A stretch of DNA of 62,000 nucleotides, taken from Acanthaster planci (lineage: Eukaryota). The notes under the pieces are model-generated. The model ran no database searches. It worked only from the letters and a program-made list of their open reading frames with translations, and had not been told where the DNA came from. Position numbers and translations under genes: made by a program. Positions 39,104-52,500 of this stretch are shown here, one piece after another (position 1 is the stretch's first letter; every line of letters starts with the position of its first letter). The stretch spans positions 434,001-496,000 of the forward strand of contig NW_019091405.1 of NCBI RefSeq assembly GCF_001949145.1. Direction: 5' to 3'.

Positions 39104-41531
39104 GACTGAGAAGGAACAAGGCATGTCCCCACGTTGAAGGTTAAACTGACATCACACAAGACGCTGTTTTTTGATTAATTTGCTGGCGGGGGGGGGGGAG
39201 TGGTCAGAGGGGCTCAACCTTGCCCCATCTTTTTTTGCATGGGGGAGATTTGTCAAGATTTTTCCAGATTTCAGGATTTCTTTTCATTTTCTTGATTTCA
39301 GGGTTTTTTCAAAAATTCTCTTTTTAAATCTGGAACATCCTGAGTTTACGGTGTTTTTATGTGTGACAGTTTATTTAGAACACAAGAAGTGGATAGTTTA
39401 AGGGATGCCTTCAGCCAAACATGAATGTATGCCAGAGACCCCACACTTCTGTGGGGCCTAACCTTTGTGGGATTATTTTGTGGGCATTTCCTATTCCTCC
39501 AATCTCACCTCTGTATTGGGCAGAGGAGAGATAGGATTCACATCCGTCTGTATGTGCACCAAACTAGCCAAATGTAGCTTTTCCTGTAATGGTCAACAGT
39601 TGTAACAGGGTATTGTATACTGATAATCTACCACATTGTACAGTTCTTCTCGTGGATTCAATAAGAAATTTGGAGGATGTGCATAGTCTTGCGTAGAGCT
39701 TGTAGTTTTGTAGAGTAATGGTTTCAGATCATATTTTGTAATGTCTGTAGTAATGTAATGAATACAAACAGTACATAATTTGGCAACAGAGTTTGTAAAT
39801 TGAAATATATTCTGTGTACATTAATTTGAGCCAATTGTTTAGTTAACTGTATGCATCGTGTGTTCTTAATAATTTGTGTGAACTATTTTACTACTCACCA
39901 TAAAGACGGGTTTGATATTTTTCTATCTAAAGCAGATCAAAGTGTCCAATTTTTACTCATTTCAAAAAAATGAAAGCCATATCCAAAATTTTGTGAAGTT
40001 TGTGTTTTATTTTACATAATATACGTTGGATTTTATCTGATGTGAGTTAAGTCATGAATGATAATGTACATAGATGTGACAACGGTATTTCATGATAAGA
40101 TATTTTTAGGACATTTTGTTTCAACAATACAAGGTTTTCTGAATATATTTCACAAAAAGTTACATTTTTAAGATTGTAGAATTTTTATGTTGAATACCTC
40201 TGACAAATATTATGGTTGTAGATATCTATTTCTGAACTACACAGAATTTATCTTGGAAAGCATTTCATTTGTATATGAATAGCTCTCTGAATATTTTGTC
40301 TCTGGAGTATTTAGCAATAATTTTGCTACACAATGTGTAAATTTTCAAATGTAGTAGTATTTAACATGTTTATCCAATAGCCAAATGGACCATGATCATT
40401 TATGAAACTAGGTTTTATGATATTAAACCTTGCACAGAGTAATAGTTAGGTGATTTACATATGCTGGACTTACTTTTTTCTGTGATGTATTAAAAAGATT
40501 GCAATGTAAATCTGTGCTTGACATTGTTTGTGAATGGATGTTTCCCTCACCAATAATCCATGATTAGATGGATTTCAAATGACTTGTATGGGTTTAGTTA
40601 ATGGGTAACTTTCCTTCAGTAGGCATTTTGTGAGTTTAATATGAATATCTGGTACACCGAGTTCTTTAAAGTCACATGAAGGTAAGTTTGAATTCTCCAC
40701 ACTAAAGACGATGTTGCTGTACCCTGCGATTTGGGGCAATCCTTTGTTTAAAGAGTTGCACACCCCAAAATCTGGGAATCTTGAAAAAGATGCTTATTTA
40801 ACTTACCATGGCACTGTTCGCGTAGTTTGAATTAGTCATTATCAGAAAGATATGATTCCAGAGCACTGCCAGTCGATGTGAAATTGGATTTGTCGGGATA
40901 TCACACTCCTCCAAAGGCAAGGTCACTCAATCCATTTTGCTTTTGTGCGACGCCAATCTGCATATTGTTTAATTTGGTTTACGAATGTTCCCTTCTGTTC
41001 ACATCCAAATCACTGCATTCATTCTTAATGGCTTGCCCCTCCATACGTAAAAACAGCTTTCATATTTGGTCTTCTCACAATTCACAGTGGGGGCGGGCTT
41101 ATGAATTTGAAATCTTAACACCCGATGGATTAAATGTTGGAGTCAATTTGAGAAAGCACTTTCGGGAAGATAATGCGAATACAAGGCTCCCAGGTTAACA
41201 GAATTTTAAGAAATACATTTGATTTATTACAGATTATTCAATCCACATACACAAGACTAGGCAGGGGTTTCAAGTTCTGTCTGTTTTAATAAACAATAAT
41301 AAGAAATCTGGTATAAACTTAATAGTTAAGTAATGAAAAGATGAATCACTTAATTTTCAAAATGGTTCGCCAAATCACAGAACTTCACAGATGTAATCTT
41401 GGGGCATACACTGAGTATACAGTGTCACAATTCATGTTGGGCAGGGCAAAAAATCCAAAATTAAAAATTACCATCTCCCTCAAGCCAATCCAACCTCAGA
41501 AATAGTTCATAAACACCCTTGTGACTTGCTC

Positions 41532-41925
41532 AACATTTATAAATCTGAAACCTTCCAAAATCAAGCCACTATGTATAACATTGTGTATATTTCGTATGCT
41601 AGAAAAAATATTTCACAGATATTTTATGGTGAAAAAATTAGCTATTCATATAGCATCCATAATCTCATTAACATTCATAAATCTGAAACCTTCCAAAATC
41701 AAGCCACTATGTATAAAATTATGTGTATTTCATATGCTAGAAAAAACCCTTGATATTTTATGGTAAAAAAAATTAGCTATTCATATAGCATCCATAATCT
41801 CATTAACATAAATAAATCGCAAACCTTCCAAAATCAAGCCACTATATATAAAATTCTGTATATCTCATGCTAGATAAATGTTTCTCAGATATTTCAAGGT
41901 AAAATATATTAGCTTTTCATATATT
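41532..41925 (+). repeat. Tandem repeat, unit about 135-138 bp, about 3 copies
   Basis: Units start at 41532, 41670 and 41805 (aacat..ataaatc..aaaccttccaaaatcaagccactat); lies in the spacer between the CYP stop codons. Confidence 0.9.
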
Positions 41926-43556
41926 CATCAGTGGAATTCATGAGATTTTTGAAGGATTTGAAATGCAATATCTGAAATATACTTTATGATACTTGTGCTC
42001 ATATTCAAGTAACATGCTACAGAATATTTTCAGGAAGCCACTCATTAACTAGATATCTCCAACCCTAACTAAAAACTCGAAAATAATGAGAAAATCAAAA
42101 GGTTCAATATATGTTTTAATGCTAACACAATCCTTGTGACCTAGCATCTAGGCTCACACCAACAACAAACTGGCTAGAATGTGTATTCTTTCAGGAATTT
42201 ATTGATATAATGACCATTGTCACAAAATCACACCTGCTTGTTATCCATGAGTTCACAATTTTACATACATGTACCAAGTAAAATATGTCAAATTATACAA
42301 TAATGCAAACTCTAAAAAACAGTGTATGCTGCCTCCTTTGTATAATTTTTCAATCAATACTACATTATGGACGGGCAGTGAGGTCACTAGTGCACGTCTA
42401 TGTCTTTAAGGGAAGAAGGTCTTATTTCCAGAGGCCTTTGGCCTCAAGAGATTGGCCTTGGGAAATAGGACCCGGCCTCTTCTGGTCACTCACAGGCCTG
42501 AGGGGGCACGGGTGTGCACTAGTGACCGAATTTGGCCAGTCCGTATGTGTTTCATAACACACCTCAAACTAGAAAAATATTATTTCAGGGTTTTAACTGT
42601 TCAATTCAACTTTAAAATAGCACTTCGAAAATTGCCAAAGAAAAAACTTGAAGGTTCATTTTGATGTCCCTTGGCGAAGTCTAATTTTGAGTTGCTGTAC
42701 TCAACAAGGAAAAGAATTATTTTAGTGTTTTAACTGTTTAAATTCAACTTTTCACTCAGTACCAAAAATTGCAAAGATTGAAAGTTCGTTTCAGTTTCCA
42801 TGGACACAGTCTAATTTTGAGTTGCTGTATACAACTAGGAATGAAATCTTCCAGGATTTGAACTGTTTCAATTCAGGACAACCTCCAGATGGAGGGTGCA
42901 ATAACCAGTCAAGAATTTTCAACACTAGTACCTGGCAAGGCACTAGTCTCTGGGATTGAGGCGCGTGCAATATCTAGGCATATGTCAAATCACACTGACG
43001 CCAAATTCATGTACAAGCCCATATTAGAGAGCAATTGCAGAATACCCCGCCACTCTAAAAAACGACCACTGGAATGACTGGTTACATGGGTACAACTTGG
43101 TGAAAATCCCTTGAGAAGAGTATGACACTTTGACCTGTACCTGGCTATGAGGTTGATCATGCGGGGTGGTGGAGTATTCTGCAATCGAGCTCATATGAGT
43201 GAACTACATGTGACCGTATTTCAGCCAACCAGGATAAAGAACCAGCAAGAGATGTGTTATAATGGGCATTGTGGCCTGCTCATAGATAAATTGTTTGAAT
43301 GGTTCCATGACACCTATTGCCAAGGTGTTTGCTTAACCTAAACTTTAATACTCGCAACAGAAATCATAGTTGCTGTAACATTTAGAACACGTGTATGGCA
43401 CGTGTAAGGGATCAGGTCTTTTACGCTTCCCCCATCCACTAAAGGGTGGGGCAATATGTGTCACTGACCCAACTCGTAATGTAAACACTAAAAAAGAGTC
43501 TTGTGTGATGTCAGTTTAACCTTCAAGGTGGGGACATGCCTTGATCCTTCTCAGTC

Positions 43557-46500
43557 TTACTGGCTGCCGGTGGGTTGATGCACACTCTCGTCCACTGGCG
43601 TTATGAAGACCTGGCATCCGTCCTTTGGTTTCAGAGTGGTGTCTACGACGTACCCCAGGTTCTGTCCCGGAACCAGGCTGAAACTGAAGTTCTGCAGGAG
43701 CTTGGCCAACAGGATACGAGCTTCAATCTGTACGAGAGGGCGTGAAAATGTGGGTGTGCTCAGGATTTACAAACTCCAGTCTTCATTTTCACATTCAAGT
43801 GCATTGCAGGAAGAAAATGTGACTTTGTAGCATGCCGGCCTTGTCAATGCTATACTATCATTTGGATGGAAAAGTAGCACACCAATTCTTCGCTGGAGCA
43901 ACTCCTTTGGACAAATTTCACCCCTTGACGGATGCTGGGGGTTACACAAACAATATGCACAACAGAGAGACCTTTACCTTGGGGGCAGAATTCACTCACC
44001 CACCAAAGAAGAGACAAAAAACTGACCTTTTAGAGTTTTAGGGTCTATGATGAGGGCATAAAGCCATGCACAGAATCCCCTCTATACTCAAAAACTAGTT
44101 TGAAAGGAGGTGCAATGTGTCTGTTCTTTTAAAGCTTCACTTTCGAATTTGAATGTTAATTTTTCTGTTTTCTCAGAAACAAAATGAAAAAACTCACCAT
44201 TGCAAACTGTTGGCCGATGCAATTTCTGGGACCAATGGAAAATGGCATCAAGGCACCCGAGGAGCTACGAGGGGGTTGGGAAAAAAAAGCCATGTTGGTT
44301 TCAGTCAAGAAACTGAAGGATTAACCCATGTCCATTTGTACACATCCATAATGAAAATGCACACTGTTATTAAGCGCCTCTATTCAAACTGGAGGTGGTG
44401 AACTAGTAAGTATGAAAGCAGATTGGTGCTTGGGGTATTAACATGTTTTATGGACCGAGTCGATGGCAAAGTCCATTGTTGGCTCCAAGCCAGTGGTGGT
44501 TAAACCACTCTGTCATGCTTTTATTCTAAACCTTTTTGTGTTAAAGTCTGATTAAACTCAAAATCTATATTTTTCAAACAAATTTTATTTTCTGAAACAT
44601 CATTCTAGGCATAACCTCTTGCACACTTCATATGGAAGCTGGTATGGGTTGTAATATGCGATAAAGCCCAGAATGCAACGTTACCAGTGCAGTGTCAAAT
44701 TTTGGCTATACACAACAGATTCATTGGTTGTATTGCTCATGCCCGACTTATTAAAGGTCAGTGATTGTCATATAGGAGGACTACAGTCCATAAAATAAGA
44801 GTACAAAATTTGAGAAACAGGTTTGCGGGTACACCAGGGAATCAATCTCTTTTGGGTGAGTTGTGGTTCTTAAAAGAACCGGTGAGTGTTAACTCACAGA
44901 ACCAGTGAGTTAACACTCACCCGTTCTTTTAAGAACCACACCTTGCCCAAAAGAGAATGATTCCATGGTGTATCCGTAAACCCATTTCTCATGTCTCTTC
45001 CACCATGCAAAGCTTCAAATCCCAAGTACAAAATTTCATATGAAGCAGGGAAAGCATTGAAAACCAGTTGATAGTTTAGTCGTCATCTGTTACAAACCAC
45101 CCAAGTAATAAGCTTCTGCCCAGTAAGAGTGGACGAAATGCCGCAGGTATATTTATGAATGCCTTCTATGTTACACCTTTTTTAGGTCACGTAGCATGAT
45201 CCAGTGAACCTGGCTTGGAACTCAAACTTCAGTTGGGACAGACAATCTTTTTGAGACTGTTACCTTTCATTTCCAGCAAGGAAACGGTCGGGGGAAAACT
45301 CCAGGGCATTGGTCCAGTTCTGCTCGTTTCGGCTTATGGAGTAAAAGGACACCTGCAACGTAACAGAAAACCCACAACTACCAAATAACAGCATTCCAAA
45401 GGTCAGAGATTCCAGTCCAATTTAAATAATATTCCTAGCTTTCTCATATTTACATCTGTACACAGAATCAGGGTTGTACCATGGGGGGGTGAGTGAGAAG
45501 GATCTATCCTCCCACATTTTGACCAGGGGGATCATGGACCATATGATCATCCCCCTAACATTTTGGAGGTGAAACGCAAGGAATACAGCTTTCGAGGTCA
45601 TTTTCAACTTTCCAACAACTGAAATGGAAATGGAGCATTAACTGTACAAAAACCGAAATTGTTTTACTCCGAAGTTATGGCGTTATTAGAAGTTATTAGA
45701 GTATTTAGTATACACTGAATGTTCATCATCATCATGAATAACGCCCCTAGTGGAATGAGAAACCCAGCCCTTGACATTTTCAGGATTTTGCTCATCCCTC
45801 ATCTCATCTGGCCAATCTCCATCATTGCACAGAACGACAATGAACGAAATGCCTTACAGCCACTAATGACCCGGCAGGTATCTTCACCCCGTCAATCACC
45901 ACGTCTTCAGTGGAAATCCTGGACGTCCCGGTGGCTGGGGGACACAACCTCAGAGTTTCCTTTAGAACCTGGGAAATACCGGTAGGTTGGGTGAGGGGGG
46001 AGACAGAACATTGGTATGAGGAGAAACATAGGGGAAAGTGACGTGTCAAGCTTGATATGTAAGTCAGAAACCTGAAAATCATTCAACTACTGACTTTTCA
46101 CAATCATGACAATGAAAATGGCGCCTCACTGAGAGCTGATGATTTTGAGACATCTTGATTATTTCTCACAGTTTCACTAAAGCAACCATTAAACGGTGAT
46201 CTATCATACAAAAAACACTGGCTTTAAAACGACTGCACTTATTCGCTCGACCAAATTCAAAAGAGTTTTAATACAGTAGGTCTAGCACAGCTAAAGAAAA
46301 GTTAAGAGATTGTTGTATTAACCAAAATGATTTTCACTCCACTTAAATTTAAACGTTGTCCTTCATAGACATTTGGTAAAATCAAATTATTGAACAAAAG
46401 CCGACAGTTTTCCAGTAGTTTAAAACAAGACCAGAAAAACCGTTTCCCTGGCCATGATGTGGAGTTTAACCACAAAACCGTCAATTCTGTCTAGTTACAC

Positions 46501-49500
46501 TTCTGGATTCCAGAAGGGAAAAATTTCTTTAAATGTACTATATATAGACTATATACATGTACGTAGAGACAACCTAGTACTTACAGCTACTGTGTATTCC
46601 AACTTGGACAGATCCTCATATGGGATGTATTCCTTGTCGGAAACTACGGCATCTACTTCTGTCTTCAGCCTATCAAGAAAGATTGGGAAAGAAAGATTGG
46701 AGGTAGCACAAAATATCAGGGAGGTTCACTTTCACTGATCAACAGAATGTTTTATCTTGCAGCTGGTCTCCAGAAGTTAGTGCGAGTTGTTTGTTTGGAT
46801 CAAGTCTGATTCAAGATTTAGAGCTAATCAAAGTCCCATAGAGTGGAAAAATTTATGTAATCATCATTCTATGGAACTTGGAAAGAAGGACATTCGCAAA
46901 CACAATGCCCTTTCCGCACCTGTGCCGATTACAATACCTCAATGAAATCTAATAGACATATTATTACCTGTACATGACCTCAGGATGCTGGCACAGTTGT
47001 AACATGGTGGATGACAAAAGATTAGCAGTTGTCTCGTTGCCTGTCGTGGGGTATGAGGAAGAGGGAAGATTTACAGCATATAGATTTTACTGGACGCCAT
47101 CTTTGAAGGAATATTCAAACTGCGTTTGCAATGCAAACAGGTGCGTCCGTGTGCAGTGTGCAAATGTTCTCTACTCGCCCGCGTGTTGGTCCAAATATCT
47201 TCAAAATATGACACAGCTGATGTGCACGTCAAAAAGTTAAAACTAAAAAATGCTGATGTACGTGGTAAGGCCCCCCCCCAAAAAAGTCTTTGGTTTCTGG
47301 TCAGGGGCTGGCTCCAAAAGTGGTGTGCCAAAGTGGCTTTGGTTTTTTTTTACCCTCACCTTTTTCTGGAAATGATGCATGATAATGCACTACGTCCATC
47401 GCAACTGCATGTGCATGTAACTCCGGCTGCTGCCAACACTAAAATAGACTGTCCACCGCACTTTTACTGTTTAAACTCATTTTCAGCTTGTACATGTACA
47501 TAGGACATAAGACCACCTCATTTGTCAGGTTCCCAGATGTAAATGTATAATACAGAAATGACGTCATGTGAAAAACAGTCTCCGACTAAACATGGGGAAC
47601 TACAGTGACTCCTTTACTGTACATATTACTCAACCATACCTCATCAAAAAACACGTTAAAATTACACAGTAGCAGGATTCCAGTCAATTAAGCAAGCTGG
47701 GCAGCTTTTGGACATTGTTTTATACCAAAGCAAAAACTTTTCTATTTTGCACAGGTCTACAGCGACACGCGCTGACCAGAAACCGGAGACTTATTTTTGG
47801 CCTAATCTGCAGGAAGTGGCTTCATTTGAGAAAGGCCTTTTAATTTTTACCACATTTCATACACAACTAGCCGAACAGGAAAGCACCACTGATCTCGTAG
47901 TTGTCTAGGCTCAAGCAGCAAAATATCTTCAGTGTGATTCATATAAAGAACTCAGATGGCTAACACCGACTCGCAATGACTTGTGGAACTGACTGCTGAT
48001 TCTGCCTAGGTAAGATTAGTTGCATTAGTTTTATTAGGATTATCTCAAGGTTTTTAATGCAATGTGGTTGTTTTATTTTTATGATTTTGGTCTGTGGTTT
48101 GGGGTTGGGTTGGTGCTGGTTGTTCAACTGTTGTTCATTGGTTGTTTCTCAATTCCCTTCAAACTTATGTTTAATGTTTTTTAGTCCTTATGATTTCTAA
48201 ATGATGGTTCTTAGAGTTAGTCTTTTTATATGCCATTGAATGATATGTCCAAAGTTTTAACTACGGTACCTTGGTTTTGGCTTTGGTTTTGATGTAATTC
48301 TCTGTAACAAAATGTGTTAAAGAAATTTTACTTTGATTGGATTATTTTGTTAATAGTTTCAGGAAAGCGACCTAAACATTTTTAAATGGATTTGGCGTTA
48401 TATAAGATTATTATTATTAGTAGGATTAGTTTGTCTGGTGGATTCTGTATATCACCGTGGAGCTGAGAACTGTTTAAGCTTTGGCTCCTCGGCAAGAAAG
48501 TTAAATGGGTGTCACTAATGACCTCTGGTAGATAGGAAGACAGGGCAATCTTGAAATACCAAAAGTAATCAATTCTGCTAGTTGAGTTTTGTTGAAATCT
48601 TAAAAAAAAATGATATGCCACTTGTAGTCCATATCAATATTACAGGGACAGTAGACAAGTAAGGAGACCATACCATCAGTGCAACTTACCAGCCAGGAAG
48701 AAGGTGGTGAACTCATCCACCATTTCTTCCATGTCCAATCCTCCTGTCGCCGAATGCTGGCAGGCTTGAAGGATGAAGGACAGGATGTTGTTGCTGAGCT
48801 CTTCCCCTCTCCCTAAGGCTTTCATCTGCTTCTGGATGATCATCCTTCCGGTCTCTCTTAACTTCTGGATGGCCTGGCGGACCGTGGCGCGATAGTCCCG
48901 TGCTGATCTTGAGGGGTTGCACTAGTCACAAAGCACCAATACTTGCAACAACAATTACAAATGTCCAAAGGTCTTTGGCCAGTTACATCTGTTTTAAATT
49001 TTATTGCAATAAAGCACCCAAATGTCAGAAAAAGGTTACACCTTACTTGAGACAACGGAAGTCGCGCACAGTAAAAATTGGGCAATATTTCATCCTAGTT
49101 TACAGTCAACATATAAACCAAACCATCCACACCTTCAGCTACAGTTCGGTTAATCAATCATACTTTACATGTGTAAAAATAACCAAACATCTGCAGTATC
49201 CAGAATTGTGAAGACTCAACTCGAGTCCCAAGTTTTAGTGACTCAACTCAAGTTGAGACAGGTAAACTCAAGTCGAGTCACTGTTAGCAAATAATTAGAC
49301 TCAACTTGAGCCCTTCATCTGTAGACCAAGACTCGAGTCCCAAAAATAAAAGCAAACTTCTTTGCGAAAAATTATTTGTAATGACTCATAGTGCAGGTTT
49401 ATAATGTTCACGTCGTGTTTTTATCAACAAAGGTACTATATGGTGTGACCACGTGTAGGAACCAAGAATTAAATTTAAAATGCAAAAAATAGACTTTCTC

Positions 49501-52500
49501 TTGTTTTTATTTATCAGATTGTATTCAAATATTGGAGACTTGAATTGACTTGAGCTAAAACTTTGCTCAACTCAACTTTGTGCCTAATGATGAAACTTGA
49601 ATCACTATGTTACAATGACTCGACTCGAGTCACTATGTTACAAGGGTTTGACTTGACTCAACTCACAAAGCATAGAGACCTATTACACTCTGGCAGTATC
49701 ATGCAGATTTTCATTCTCAAAACCCATGAAAAAGCACATACCAGTCCCTCTTGGCCACATTATTGCAATTCACCTGAAGTGATTACTGCCTAATCCATCT
49801 TGACCACATTCAAAGATTTTGTGTGGTGTGACCCCATTGTACAAGAACCTAATTACCGGTAATCTGATGTCGCATATTTCTGTAATCTACAGTATACGGG
49901 AGTGGGTCCAGTATACATGAAAGTACTGCTTGAAGAAGATTGGAAAAAAAACAAAGTGGGAAGTACTTTTCTCGGTTTAATGAATTGTTTTACATAATTT
50001 TCAGCACAACTGATTTCTCCAAAGGTAATTTTCTAATGTAGAGATAGATGGATGGAATGAATTATATTTACAACAGAGCAACAAAGTACCGACCAAAACA
50101 GACCAGTGGTAATTTCATCAATTTTGAGGTGTCGTGATCACTTTTCTGCACCAGTTTAAATAAGCAGAGGACTTAATACTGAAAGCAATTTCTAAAAATA
50201 TAAGCAACAAGGTGCCCCTTTACCAGTGTTGTATGACTAGAGTCCTGGACTCAGACAATCGAGTCACATTTTTCATGACTCAGACTCAACCCGAGTCACA
50301 TTGGACAATGACTCTGACTCAATCATATTGACTTGGACTTGAGCTTGGTGGCTTGTGACTCGAGTCAAGTATTTTCATTAAACATATTTACCGTATGTGC
50401 CGTCATAAATTAATTTGTATGAACCCGTGCTATCACTGGTTTGCATGCGTGGGGCGTTGTAGCGTTGCACATTTTCCACTTCGCCCATTTATGTAGCCTA
50501 CGGCTAAGTATCCACTGATGAGTCCACTAGACACGTCATATTCCATATTTACAAAGTGTGCGACGGTAATCAGACTATGCGCTGGGTGCAAGCACATTTG
50601 TTATTTACACGTGAGTACGGACGTGCATATACAACTTTGATTATGGAAGTTCCTCCATGGTTTGATTCACTTAGAATAATTGACCGAACAACTTGATTCA
50701 AGATTTGTGACTCAGACTCAAGGTTTCTGACTTGTGACTTGGACTCAGACTCGAGGTTTGTAACTCGAGACTTGGACTCTGACTCGAGGCTTCAGACTTG
50801 GGACTCGAACTTGACACTGCTGACTTGACTACAAAACTGCCCTTTACCCAGGTCCAGGGATTCTCAAACTGCTGAGTCAGCGCATTGAGGGCCAAGTCAA
50901 ATTCCTTGTTGAATGAAGTGATCTTCTCTGCATCAAATTGGTGGAAGTCTGATCCAAATGCAACCTGCAATGATACACAGAAATTCTGCTAAAATGGTCT
51001 CAAATACTGACATTTACACCATCCCAAGAAAGCTGATTTTCTGTCCAACAAACTAATATCTACACATAAAGAATGGCAATGAGGTCACTAGTGCATATCT
51101 ATCTCCCCTGAGGGGCTCTGAGCGCCCAAAAGATCCTATCTCCCCTGAGGTGGACCTAGAGGGGGCATTTTCCTAGCAAAAGTGGCTTCCTTGGTGGGAA
51201 GTGAATTTTGCCAGTTCACAAATGACTAAGAACTGAAGAATGCATGCATTACAGTCGCGTTTCTACCAGCGACCAAGTGAACACTACCCACCAATATGGC
51301 TCTTTTCAAGTGATCAGGGCCGGGGTGCTTCTGCTCAAGGTGGATTTCCCTTGGCCTTTGCCTCGGAAAATATGGCTGTACCGAGGCTGTGCAAAACACC
51401 TGATGTCATGCCACTTCAAACATGTTCAGAGCATGGGAGTCACGGTGCTAGTACACGGCCACGCTGGAAGGGCCAACCACGTGTGAGCTACTGACCCAGC
51501 ATGTGCTCTATTTTTCAGCATGCCTTTGTGTTCAAACACCAAAGTGTCTCTTACTGACCTTGGCAATGATATCTATAGTGGCCTTGTTCAGTGCCTCAAT
51601 GAGTCGAACACCTGTCTTGCCATCAGCTTTTGACTTGAGGTAACCCACCAATAAATCAGAACTAGAATTGAATTGACTGATGCACGTCTTCAAGTAGCTT
51701 TAAAAAAATGAACCAAAAACCAGGATGACACATTTGGGTAACGAAACTGTCATGCAAAACATACCACAAAGGATATCACAAAGAAACAGATGATGGTTGC
51801 CATTTACCAAAATAATGACACATTCAAGAAACAAATAAATTTATCTTGGATTCCCCTTTTTTACCCTTTATATCCCTTATACAACACTCTTTATAAAATC
51901 TAATGCAATGGGCACCAACATCTTACGTGAGTCTATCTTTTCCGTTTGCCTTGTTGGTCCATCCATCTTGTTTTAGGTAAGTTTAGGTAATGGAGTCAAA
52001 AAACAAACATTATCCTAATGCATTTCAATTCATCTTGCCCTTTAACCAAGTCCCAGCCTGGCACTACCTCTGGTCCCCACCTTGCACCCAACCTGGCGGC
52101 ATTGTCCCTCCCCCCCCTTCCACACTAACAAACAGTTGGAATGATTCAGAGTGCTTACTTTCGGCTAAAAGCTGGGTTGAAAATTTCCCGTCTCTTGAGC
52201 CACAATTCATGATTTGTCTCTGTCACCAGACCTCGGCCCAGAAACCGTGCGCCAAAGATGGACGCAATGCCATCATAATTCCATCCTTTACGATACTTGA
52301 GATTCTCCAGCACGAGGATTTCCTGAATGGGGATACGGAACACTGCCCTGAAATCTCCTCAGCTTGGGAAAAAAAGGTATAATCATTTCCTACACAATGA
52401 TGGAAAATCCCACTCACATCACCTTTTTATTAGTTTTGAAGCAGTTAAACTTAGTTAACATTGGTATACAGAACTAGTTCTGTTTTTTTTGGAGGGGGGG

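Noticed and set aside
30026..41925. Tandem repeats as CRISPR-like arrays
   Set aside because: No unique spacers and no cas genes; ordinary eukaryotic minisatellites.
50516..50545. ctgatgagtccacta as a hammerhead ribozyme core (also gagtggacgaaa near 8580 and 45127)
   Set aside because: Only half-cores; CUGAUGA and GAAA never occur together with closing stems.
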